A stretch of DNA of 64,000 nt from Minisyncoccota bacterium (GCA_041657665.1 JBBABN010000001.1:2355-66354), one strand, 5' to 3'. Positions 29,124 through 37,199 are shown, counted from the stretch's first letter. The notes: a model not told the origin generated them from the letters alone. Program-made: numbers and translations.

Positions 29124-29212
29124 TCTGTTTCGTCCTGTGCGATTTGGCATTTCCAAACTGCCGGACTTGGACTTTTCAGTCCTCATCAGTCCCGACCCAA
29201 TCGGGAGACAGA
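29124..29212 (-). ncRNA. Hammerhead-ribozyme-like element A (type III topology, atypical expanded stem II)
   Basis: Minus-strand sense: CUCUGUC^UCCCGA-UUGGG-UCGGGA CUGAUGA GGACUG...[~45-nt insert]...CACAGGAC GAAAC AGA. Present are the GUC cleavage triplet, a 6-bp stem I hairpin, the CUGAUGA and GAAA core, and a 5-bp stem III (UCUGU/ACAGA). Stem II would need tandem G-A pairs plus a large insertion. Confidence 0.55.
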
Positions 29213-29333
29213 GAGAGGTTTTGTCCGGACCTCTCAAACCGAGCGTGTTCCTTCAAAGAAGGATGTCCCAATCACCTCAGATTGCCTGGGTTATGACGAA
29301 CCCGACAAACCTATGATTGCGTGATTTTCAATA

Positions 29334-29474
29334 TCAAGTCGTCATCTTGATATTCCGGATTATCCCCACGATCGAGGGGACGCCTAAGGGTGTGCGCTTA
29401 CCCAACGGAACAGGCTTATCTATTTCCATCTCTCGAGAGATAGGAACACATAACCCTGTTCCGTTTTTGTCCAT
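29334..29474 (-). CDS. Possible 46-aa ORF (MDKNGTGLCVPISREMEIDKPVPLGKRTPLGVPSIVGIIRNIKMTT) downstream of hammerhead B
   Basis: Internal ATG of track ORF 29334..29519. The upstream 45 nt of that track ORF are the hammerhead core and so unlikely to be coding. Weak RBS. Confidence 0.3.
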   Translation of the reverse strand: MDKNGTGLCVPISREMEIDKPVPLGKRTPLGVPSIVGIIRNIKMTT

Positions 29475-29494
29475 ATTTAAAAGAACAATTCTTT

Positions 29495-29546
29495 GCTGTT
29501 TCGTCCTTTTTGGACTCATCAGGGGAGAGAAATATCTCCCGACAGC
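29495..29546 (-). ncRNA. Type III hammerhead ribozyme (minimal, all core positions canonical)
   Basis: Minus-strand sense: GCUGUC^GGGAGA-UAUUUC-UCUCCC CUGAUGA GUCC-AAAAA-GGAC GAAAC AGC. Stem III GCUGU/ACAGC with A15.1-U16.1 and C17 (GUC, cleavage between + coordinates 29541/29540). Stem I 6 bp, stem II 4 bp (G10.1-C11.1). Invariant C3 U4 G5 A6 U7 G8 A9 and G12 A13 A14 are all present. Confidence 0.85.
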
Positions 29547-29696
29547 AATCCGTATCGTGGATTAGTCGAATCCCGTATTCGTTGGATTAATCGGATGGTA
29601 GTCATTATCGGCGTTGACCTTACCGTGCCAATCATTACTGACTGGCAGGTTTGCAGTTATTTCCATCACCTTACCTGCAAACCGTTTTACCCTGCG

Positions 29697-29780
29697 GTCT
29701 CGCTCCAACTTATGGATTCATTGAAGTCCCCGCTTACGCATGGGTTGAAGGCGGCTTCCGCTAAGCCATGGGCTCGAGCT
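29697..29780 (-). repeat. R element copy 3 (diverged, ~70% identity) overlapping the stop of ORF 29761..30171
   Basis: GGTCTCGCTCC...CCCCGCTTACGCATGGGTT..GGCGG...GGGCTCGAGC aligns with copies 1/2. The ORF C-terminus LEPMA* is encoded in the conserved GGCTCGAGC block. The hairpin-1 stem has a different sequence but preserves pairing (ACTT/AAGT versus CTCGG/CCGAG). Confidence 0.7.
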
Positions 29781-30171
29781 TCTTCGTCTTGAAGACGATC
29801 TTCTCGAGCACCTCGTAGTGGGAGAATTTAAGCAGGTCGCGCCCGCTCTCATCCTTCCCGACCACAATGGCCCGACCGGACTCATCACGCTCAAATTCCG
29901 CGCGAATGAGAACGGCCCCGAGGTTGCACTGCCGGTCCACCAACCTTATTAAGGTCGGGAACGGCGCCTGCGCCTCGACAGCGACGACTTTGCCATCGGT
30001 CTCGGACTCAACCTTCTGGATGAGTTCCTTGACCGAAGTGACAGCGTCGTCGCCGTAGCGGATGTCATCGGTTACGACCTTAAGGTCGCTTCCGAAGACG
30101 CCCTTCAGGAACGCCTCACGGGCGGCGTCGAGCGGATGGCGGGTGATTCTGACAAGGACTTTCATTTGCAC
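29761..30171 (-). CDS. Hypothetical 136-aa protein, first ORF of the array
   Basis: ORF starting ~120 nt downstream of the divergent promoter region 30172..30330. No recognisable motif. The C-terminus lies inside R copy 3. Confidence 0.5.
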   Translation of the reverse strand: MQMKVLVRITRHPLDAAREAFLKGVFGSDLKVVTDDIRYGDDAVTSVKELIQKVESETDGKVVAVEAQAPFPTLIRLVDRQCNLGAVLIRAEFERDESGRAIVVGKDESGRDLLKFSHYEVLEKIVFKTKKLEPMA

Positions 30172-30262
30172 TCCTTCTGCGGCCTTTGTCGCGAATAAAA
30201 GAACATTGATAACTTTTTATCAGTAGTGCTATGATAGCGCATTGGTATCGTTTGTCAAGTTT

Positions 30263-30317
30263 TTTATCATACCTTTTTATGATAAAAGCTTGACAGAAAT
30301 ATCACATAGAATATACT
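30263..30317 (+). promoter_or_regulatory. Sigma70-like promoter (TTGACA 30290-30295, 16-nt spacer, TATACT 30312-30317) preceded by the palindrome TTTTATCATA-N6-TATGATAAAA (30263..30288)
   Basis: Consensus -35/-10 hexamers 13 nt upstream of the ATG at 30331. A perfect 10-bp inverted repeat overlaps the -35 region, a likely operator (possibly for the TrmB-like product itself). Confidence 0.55.
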
Positions 30318-30330
30318 CCTTTTATCACAT

Positions 30331-31104
30331 ATGAAACAAAATCATGATAAAAAGGGGAGTGAGCGACTTCTTAAAAATCTAGAGAAGATCGGTTTAACCG
30401 AGAAAGAAGCCAGAATATATGTCTATTTGGTGGGGAGAACCATAGAAGTTGGGAGCTCCAAGATTGTTGCTGCTACTGGTTTACACGGCCAGTATGTCTA
30501 TACCGCTCTTGGGTCCCTTGAAGGTAAGGGGTTGGTAAAGCATGTCATTAAAAATAACCGTAAAAAGTGGAGTGCTAACCCTCCTGCGCGCATAGAATCG
30601 CTTATTGACGAAAAAAGAATCGTGGCAAATGAAGCACGAGACATGCTTGAAAAGATGTTCAGCCACCAGTATGAGCAAGAGTTCGAAGTGTACCAAGGCG
30701 AAGACCAATTTGCCGCGAATGAACTTCAAATAATTGAAGAGGCGGGAAAAGATAGCTTCATAGATATAATTGGGGGCGGCGGAGACAAATTTAAAGAAAC
30801 TCTTGGGGAAAGTCATGAATTTTACGATAAAAAGAGTATCGAAAAAAATATTGCGGTCAGATATATAGGAACGGGCGAGCAGCAAGATTATTTTGAAAGA
30901 GTGAAAAAGTCACGCGTGAATTTCGATTTCAGAATTATGCCGGAGTTTAACAATAGTAGTGTAAACACACTAATTTATCCTGATCAGATACAGTTTCAAA
31001 TATATGGTGATCCTGTTTTGGTATTTAAAATAAGAAATGAACAGATTGCGCGCGATTATAGAACATTTTTTGATTCCCTTTGGAATCTTTGTGGAGAACA
31101 GTAA
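30331..31104 (+). CDS. TrmB-family HTH transcriptional regulator
   Basis: N-terminus LEKIGLTEKEARIYVYLVGRT...SKIVAATGLHGQYVYTALGSLEGKGLV matches the TrmB winged-helix. It sits immediately upstream of the type IV pilus operon. Confidence 0.65.
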   Translation: MKQNHDKKGSERLLKNLEKIGLTEKEARIYVYLVGRTIEVGSSKIVAATGLHGQYVYTALGSLEGKGLVKHVIKNNRKKWSANPPARIESLIDEKRIVANEARDMLEKMFSHQYEQEFEVYQGEDQFAANELQIIEEAGKDSFIDIIGGGGDKFKETLGESHEFYDKKSIEKNIAVRYIGTGEQQDYFERVKKSRVNFDFRIMPEFNNSSVNTLIYPDQIQFQIYGDPVLVFKIRNEQIARDYRTFFDSLWNLCGEQ

Positions 31105-31154
31105 GTGTGAAAAGCGTGCATCACCAAGGGCTCTTCACGCTATACTATTTTTAT

Positions 31155-32903
31155 ATGCATGTGTCTGATGGGGAATTAAAAGAATTTATTATCGATTCGG
31201 GACTCGTCGCAAAAAAAGAAATCGACGAGGCGCTCGAAGAAGCAAAGACGAAAGGGCAATCACTCGGCGATATACTCGTCTCGCGTGGCGCTCTTACTGA
31301 AGATGCTTTGCGACGTATTCATGCGTACGTTCTCGGCATTCCATTCGTTAATTTAAAAGAATTCCGCATTCCCGTTGATATTCTCTCAATTATTCCCGAA
31401 CCAATCGCGCGTACCCATAACATCATTGCGTATAAAAAGAGTGTTGATTCTCTCGAGGTAGCCATGCTCGATGTCGAAGACCTCGCTTCCATTGATTCAG
31501 TACGGAAGAAGACAGGACTTAAGATATTATCGCGATTGACCGACACAGAGAGCATTAAGTACGCGCTTCTGCAGTATCAGAAATCGCTGAAAGACGAGTT
31601 CGGCGGGATTATTTCAACTGAAGCAGAAAAAATTCGTGTTATTTCGGAAGATAATAAAGACCTCTCGGGCGATGATTTGAAAAAAATGGCGGAGGATTTG
31701 CCGATTGTGCGCATCGTCGACACACTTCTCCGACACGCCATTGTACAAGACGCTTCTGATATTCATATCGAACCAATGGAGGCGGAAGTGCTCGTCCGTT
31801 ATCGCATTGACGGTATTCTCCACGACGCAATGACGCTACCGAAGACCGCTGCAGCAAGTATTGTTGCGCGTATTAAGGTACTCTCAAATCTAAAATTGGA
31901 TGAGAAACGCTTGCCACAAGACGGCCGGTTCAAGATGGAGACAGAAGCTGATCGTGTCTCTTTTCGTGTATCTATTCTCCCGACCTTCTTCGGAGAAAAA
32001 ACCGTGATGCGCCTTCTACGCGAGACAGGGGAGGGCTTCACACTCGAAGTCTTAGGTCTCCATGGTGAGAATATGGAGCGCATCCATAGCGCACTGAAGC
32101 AGACGACCGGCATTATTCTTATTTCCGGCCCAACAGGCTCTGGTAAGACGACAACGCTCTACACAATGCTCGATATTTTGAATCAACCAGATGTAAATAT
32201 CTCGACGGTCGAAGACCCAATCGAATATCAAATGAAGCGTATTAACCAGACGCAGGTGAATCCACAAATTGGCTTTACCTTCGCGAACGGACTGCGCTCT
32301 CTGGTTCGACAAGATCCTGACATTATTATGGTCGGAGAGATTCGTGATGGCGAGACAGCCTCACTCGCTATTAATGCTGCACTCACTGGCCACCTTGTCC
32401 TTTCGACAATTCACACCAACAGCGCCGCAGGCGCTATCCCACGTCTTATTGATATGGGTGTCGAACCATTCCTTCTTGTATCGACCGTTCGTGTCATAGT
32501 TGGTCAGCGACTCGTAAGAAAACTTTGTGATAATAAAGAAGAATATACGGTCGATGCTGCTATGCGCGCCAAAATTGCGAGTGAAGAGGATTTTGCTGCT
32601 GCATTTAAAGCACTGAAGGATGAAAAACTATTGAAAGAAACCGCTACTATCGATGACATTCATTTCTATCGACCAGTACCGGGAGCGGGAAGTGAAGATG
32701 GTTATAAGAGTCGTATCGGTATCCACGAAGTTCTCGAGGTAACTCCTACGATTCGAGATTTAATGCTCCACTCCGGCACGAGCGACGCACTCGAAGCACA
32801 AGCGAAGAAGGAAGGAATGCTTACGATGCTCCAAGATGGAATCTATAAAGCCGCGCGTGGCATTACAAGTATTGAAGAAGTGCTTCGTACTATAAACGAA
32901 TAA
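31155..32903 (+). CDS. pilB: Type IV pilus assembly ATPase (GspE/PilB family)
   Basis: N-terminal T2SS-E N domain, Walker [15 protein letters not shown], Asp box, Walker [10 protein letters not shown], His box TGHLVLSTIHTN and a tetracysteine-like region. Start taken at ATG 31155. Confidence 0.9.
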   Translation: MHVSDGELKEFIIDSGLVAKKEIDEALEEAKTKGQSLGDILVSRGALTEDALRRIHAYVLGIPFVNLKEFRIPVDILSIIPEPIARTHNIIAYKKSVDSLEVAMLDVEDLASIDSVRKKTGLKILSRLTDTESIKYALLQYQKSLKDEFGGIISTEAEKIRVISEDNKDLSGDDLKKMAEDLPIVRIVDTLLRHAIVQDASDIHIEPMEAEVLVRYRIDGILHDAMTLPKTAAASIVARIKVLSNLKLDEKRLPQDGRFKMETEADRVSFRVSILPTFFGEKTVMRLLRETGEGFTLEVLGLHGENMERIHSALKQTTGIILISGPTGSGKTTTLYTMLDILNQPDVNISTVEDPIEYQMKRINQTQVNPQIGFTFANGLRSLVRQDPDIIMVGEIRDGETASLAINAALTGHLVLSTIHTNSAAGAIPRLIDMGVEPFLLVSTVRVIVGQRLVRKLCDNKEEYTVDAAMRAKIASEEDFAAAFKALKDEKLLKETATIDDIHFYRPVPGAGSEDGYKSRIGIHEVLEVTPTIRDLMLHSGTSDALEAQAKKEGMLTMLQDGIYKAARGITSIEEVLRTINE

Positions 32904-32904
32904 T

Positions 32905-34119
32905 ATGAAGTACAACGTCACCATACGAAAAGAAGGCATACCAGACCAGACACGCACTATTGACGCCGCTTCACACTTCGCAGTGTACGACCAAATACAG
33001 AAAGAGGGAGGTGTTGTGGTTAACCTTACAGACAAAACAGATGGTTTCTCTTTACCTTCATGGTTTTTTATTACTGTCGGCACCGGAATAAAGCACAGGG
33101 AGATCATTCGCATAACGAAAAATATATCCGCAATGCTTTCAGCAGGTCTCTCGCTTGCTCGTGCACTCCTGGTTATTGAACGACAATCAGGAAACAAGCG
33201 TTTGAAGAAAATTATAATGGGACTTTCCGATTCTATTAAGAAGGGACTGTCCTTCCATGAATCATTACAGAAGTATCCGAAGATATTCCCAGAAATATTT
33301 GTTGCTATGGCGCGAGCAGGAGAAGAGTCAGGCTCATTGGCTGATTCTCTCACTGTCGTTGGTCTTCAAATGGAACATTCTGAAGAATTAGTACGGAAGA
33401 TTAAAGGCGCAATGATTTATCCTGCCATTATTCTCTTTGTAGTCGCAGTTATCGGATTTCTTATGCTCATCTATGTCGTACCAACACTGACAAGTACCTT
33501 TAACGATCTTGGAGTACAGGTACCACTTGCCACTCGTGTCATCGTTGGTGTCTCAAATTTCATGATAGCGCATACGATATCTCTTCTCGTCGCACTTGTT
33601 GTATTTATATTAGGCAGTATTGTCTTTGCACGTTCTAAAATAGGAGGTTCTCTAATACTCAAAGTTTCCCTTTATATACCAATTATAGGAGAACTAGTAC
33701 GTGAGACCTATACCGCACGCGCTTCTCGTACACTTTCATCACTACTCTCTGCTGGTGTTCCGATACTTGATGCCCTCTCGATAACCAAAGAAGTCGTACA
33801 TGTGCGCGCATATGCTGATGTGATAGAAGAAGCCGAAATGCGTGTAAAGAAAGGGGAACTTCTTTCTGCATCGTTCACTCTTCATACACAACTATATCCA
33901 ATTCTAATGAGTGAGATGCTCTTGGTAGGAGAGGAGACCGGAAAGGTTGCTCAGATGTTAAAACAAATCGCTGAGTTTTATGAGGGGGATGTCTCCGAAA
34001 AAACAAAAAATCTTTCGACTGTTATCGAACCAGTTCTTATGCTTTTTATTGGTGTATTCGTCGGCATTTTTGCGATTGCAATGATTGCACCTATTTATCA
34101 GCTTTCCTCGGCATTCTAA
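32905..34119 (+). CDS. pilC: Type IV pilus inner-membrane platform protein (GspF/PilC family)
   Basis: 404 aa with duplicated T2SS-F domains, 3 TM helices and the typical GxxxxxAL...E motif region. Confidence 0.85.
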   Translation: MKYNVTIRKEGIPDQTRTIDAASHFAVYDQIQKEGGVVVNLTDKTDGFSLPSWFFITVGTGIKHREIIRITKNISAMLSAGLSLARALLVIERQSGNKRLKKIIMGLSDSIKKGLSFHESLQKYPKIFPEIFVAMARAGEESGSLADSLTVVGLQMEHSEELVRKIKGAMIYPAIILFVVAVIGFLMLIYVVPTLTSTFNDLGVQVPLATRVIVGVSNFMIAHTISLLVALVVFILGSIVFARSKIGGSLILKVSLYIPIIGELVRETYTARASRTLSSLLSAGVPILDALSITKEVVHVRAYADVIEEAEMRVKKGELLSASFTLHTQLYPILMSEMLLVGEETGKVAQMLKQIAEFYEGDVSEKTKNLSTVIEPVLMLFIGVFVGIFAIAMIAPIYQLSSAF

Positions 34120-34120
34120 T

Positions 34121-34507
34121 ATGAAATCTCCTAATGGATTCTCGCTCATCGAAATTATTATCTCGATATTTATTATTGGTTCTATGCTTATTCTGCTCCA
34201 GGCGATTATACATAGTGATATACTCGTAAAAAACTCAAAAAATCAAGGCGTTGCGCTTGCTATCGCCCGTAACGAACTTGAGAGCTTGCGGGCAGGTGGT
34301 TATACCATTCTTCCCCAAAGCGGTTCATTCTCTAACGACCTCTTGAACACACTCCCGGTGGGGGCAACTGCAACATTCACCATAAGCACCTATAACGAAA
34401 AGACAAAACAAGTTTCGGTAAACGTGATATGGATGGAACCAGGTTATACAGCGTCAAGTACTGTCTCACTCTCAACACTTATTACTGATTCTGGCGGGCT
34501 TCCATGA
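34121..34507 (+). CDS. Prepilin-type N-terminal cleavage/methylation domain protein (pilin)
   Basis: MKSPNG/FSLIEIIISIFIIG is a class III signal peptide (G|FxLIE) followed by a hydrophobic helix. Confidence 0.85.
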   Translation: MKSPNGFSLIEIIISIFIIGSMLILLQAIIHSDILVKNSKNQGVALAIARNELESLRAGGYTILPQSGSFSNDLLNTLPVGATATFTISTYNEKTKQVSVNVIWMEPGYTASSTVSLSTLITDSGGLP

Positions 34508-35076
34508 TATCCAAACAAAAAAAGAGTCATCGTACTGGATTTACACTTATTGAAACAGTAATTGTTGTTGCTCTGAGCGTAAGTATGCTGATCTCAATTA
34601 TTCTTTTAATCTCTAGCTTCACTACATCTGTGTCCTATCAGGAGACATTTGCACAATCATCCGGATCAGCAAGTGCAGTTATGCGCGAGATAGAGTCGTT
34701 TGCATTTCCTGCAAAAGCAGTACTTACCACTCACACATTCTCGAGCGCAACTTACACCTCTTCGTCAACAGTGCTTGTCCTTGAAATTCCTTCTATCGAT
34801 GATTCTGGGAATGTCATAGCAAACACCTATGACTACACAGCATTTTATGTTGTTGGTACGAATGCATACCGCCTTCTTGAAGCAAGCGCCTTAAGTAAAC
34901 GATTTTCAGGAACAAAACAGTTGAGCACCACCGTGAGTGCGCTGACATTCACTTACGACAATGTCGATCTCACAAAAGCCAGTATCGTTACTATCGACTT
35001 ACAAACACAAGCATACGTAAAACAAAACATCCTTTCTGACCATCGAAATGAGCAAATAAAATTGCGTAATTATTAA
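34504..35076 (+). CDS. Pilin-like protein (prepilin N-terminal domain)
   Basis: ...HRTG/FTLIETVIVVALSVSMLI is a prepilin peptidase site with E5. Confidence 0.8.
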   Translation: MISKQKKSHRTGFTLIETVIVVALSVSMLISIILLISSFTTSVSYQETFAQSSGSASAVMREIESFAFPAKAVLTTHTFSSATYTSSSTVLVLEIPSIDDSGNVIANTYDYTAFYVVGTNAYRLLEASALSKRFSGTKQLSTTVSALTFTYDNVDLTKASIVTIDLQTQAYVKQNILSDHRNEQIKLRNY

Positions 35077-35086
35077 TTCTTTCTGT

Positions 35087-36418
35087 ATGAACTATACATC
35101 TCACACTTCTGTGCTTCACCGAGGATATGTACTCGTTCTCGCTCTGGTATTCCTTGGTATTTTCTTCACGGTTTCAGGCGCATATCTAAGTTCAGTAACG
35201 AGCTCAGCAAGAATTGCTCGCTATGATATAGCGAGTGCACAAGCACTCGCACTCGCTGAAGCTGGTATCGACAAAGCCGTTTATCAACTGAACCAAAACC
35301 CTTCCTATACTGGGGAAACAAATACTACACTGGCACCAGGAATGTTTACCGTGACCGTTTCAGCAATCGACGGAACAACAAAACAAATCATCTCCACTGG
35401 TTTTATACCGAACAGCACCAACCCAGTAGCAACAAAAACTATTAAGGCAAATATTGGCATTAATAATTCCATCATTTCATTTCATTACGGAATTCAATCG
35501 GGAAATGGGGGATTCGAGATGGAAAATAATTCAACCGTAACTGGCAATGTATTCTCAGGAGGATCTGTTATTGGCGGTAGTGAAAATGATATTCTTGGCG
35601 ACGTTGTTTCTTCAGGAGATGATGGGCTAGTATATGGCATCCACGCAACAGGTTCGGTCTACTCTCACACCATCGGAAATTCGTCGAAAAGTACTACTAT
35701 TGACAAAGACGCGTACTATCATTCCTCTAAGACAAATACGACTGTGGGAGGAACTTCGCATCCAAATAGTGTCGACCAGTCAACAGCACCTCTTCCTATT
35801 TCAGATGATCAGATAAGCCGATGGGAAACCATAGCAGCCGCAGGAGGAACTGCAACGTGTCATGATGGTTCGTACAATATTTCTTCCGGGAACGTGACCC
35901 TCGGACCAATAAAGATTCCTTGTGATTTGAACATTACGAATGGCCCAACCGTAACAATAAACGGCCATATTTGGGTCACGGGCAATATCAATGTCCAAAA
36001 CACTGCAACGATAAAAATGGCAGCATCTCTTGGAGCTCAAAATATCGCTCTTATCGCTGATGATCCGACCGACCTGATGAATGGCAGTAGAATAAGTGTC
36101 GGTAATCAAACAGCATTCCAAAACTCCGGTACACCCGGCTCATTCATCTTCCTCATTTCCCAAAACAAAAGCGCTGAAAATGGTGGGGAAGTTGCAGCAT
36201 TTGACTTAAGTAACAGCGCATCTGCTCTCGTTGCCTATGCGGCACACGGACTTATCCCGCTCGCCAACAGCGTTTCATTAAAAGAAGTCACTGCATATAA
36301 AATAACATTGAAGAATTCAGCGAATGTTACGTATGACACTGGCCTTCCGAGTGTCGCATTCGAGTCAGGACCAGGAGGGAGTTGGAATTTCATTCCGGGA
36401 ACTTACACTATTCAGTGA
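35087..36418 (+). CDS. Large pilus-associated/minor-pilin-like secreted protein
   Basis: 443 aa with an N-terminal hydrophobic helix (VLVLALVFLGIFFTVSGAY). G/T/S/N-rich and probably beta-rich. Located last in the pilin gene block. Confidence 0.5.
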   Translation: MNYTSHTSVLHRGYVLVLALVFLGIFFTVSGAYLSSVTSSARIARYDIASAQALALAEAGIDKAVYQLNQNPSYTGETNTTLAPGMFTVTVSAIDGTTKQIISTGFIPNSTNPVATKTIKANIGINNSIISFHYGIQSGNGGFEMENNSTVTGNVFSGGSVIGGSENDILGDVVSSGDDGLVYGIHATGSVYSHTIGNSSKSTTIDKDAYYHSSKTNTTVGGTSHPNSVDQSTAPLPISDDQISRWETIAAAGGTATCHDGSYNISSGNVTLGPIKIPCDLNITNGPTVTINGHIWVTGNINVQNTATIKMAASLGAQNIALIADDPTDLMNGSRISVGNQTAFQNSGTPGSFIFLISQNKSAENGGEVAAFDLSNSASALVAYAAHGLIPLANSVSLKEVTAYKITLKNSANVTYDTGLPSVAFESGPGGSWNFIPGTYTIQ

Positions 36419-36454
36419 TACACGCAGACATCTTCGACCTGCTATCATTGTTTT

Positions 36455-37198
36455 ATGATCATAATCGCAAATTGGAAAGCTTATATTGAAGATTTGGGGA
36501 AAGCAAAAAAGCTCTTTACCACCAGCAAGCGACTTGCAAAAAAAATTGGTTGTGACCTTGTACTCGCGCCACCAGCGCCATTACTCGGTGCACTCTCATA
36601 TAAGAATAAATCTGTAGTCGCTTTTGCCGCACAAGATGTGTCAGCCACGACTGGTGGCGCAGAAACAGGAGAGATAACAGCACAAACCTTTGCATCTGTT
36701 GGTGCTACTTATGCAATTGTCGGACATTCTGAGCGACGCGCGGCGGGCGACACCAATACGATAGTGTCTCAGAAACTTGCTCATACGCTGGCACAAGATC
36801 TTATTCCTATTCTTTGTATCGGCGAGAATGAGCGCGATATTGAGGGCCACTATCTTTCAGTCATACGCGAAGAATTAACCCATGCGACCGAATTCCTCGC
36901 GCCAAAAGAACGGGCAAAAATTATCGTCGCGTACGAACCCCTCTGGGCAATAGGGAAGACCGCTGATGCGGCAATCGAGCCGAATGACCTTGCTGAAATG
37001 GTGCTCTATATTCGTAAAGTGCTCGCGGAACTTCTTCCAGGGAAAAGTTCTGCCCATTCTCTAGTACTGTATGGCGGTTCGGTTGAATCAGGAAATATCC
37101 GCGGACTCGCCGCTTCATCGGGTGTCGATGGCTTTCTTGTCGGACACGAATCAGTTGATCCATACACCTTCACTCAGTTGGTAAAGCAGCTCGCCTAA
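36455..37198 (+). CDS. tpiA: Triosephosphate isomerase
   Basis: IIIANWKAY..., ...VGHSERR..., AYEPLWAIGKT and GGSV motifs are present. Confidence 0.9.
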   Translation: MIIIANWKAYIEDLGKAKKLFTTSKRLAKKIGCDLVLAPPAPLLGALSYKNKSVVAFAAQDVSATTGGAETGEITAQTFASVGATYAIVGHSERRAAGDTNTIVSQKLAHTLAQDLIPILCIGENERDIEGHYLSVIREELTHATEFLAPKERAKIIVAYEPLWAIGKTADAAIEPNDLAEMVLYIRKVLAELLPGKSSAHSLVLYGGSVESGNIRGLAASSGVDGFLVGHESVDPYTFTQLVKQLA

Positions 37199-37199
37199 T

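Noticed and set aside
28968-29237. 89-aa ORF 'MRGPDKTSLCLPIG...' on the minus strand
   Set aside because: It spans hammerhead-like element A and its flanks, overlaps the SD and start of ORF 28795..29097 in another frame, and has no RBS.
29475-29519. N-terminal 15 residues (MSPKRTKQQRIVLLN) of track ORF 29334..29519
   Set aside because: This segment is exactly the stem II/GAAAC/stem III portion of the type III hammerhead. A ribozyme explanation fits every nucleotide, whereas as a coding sequence it has no RBS.
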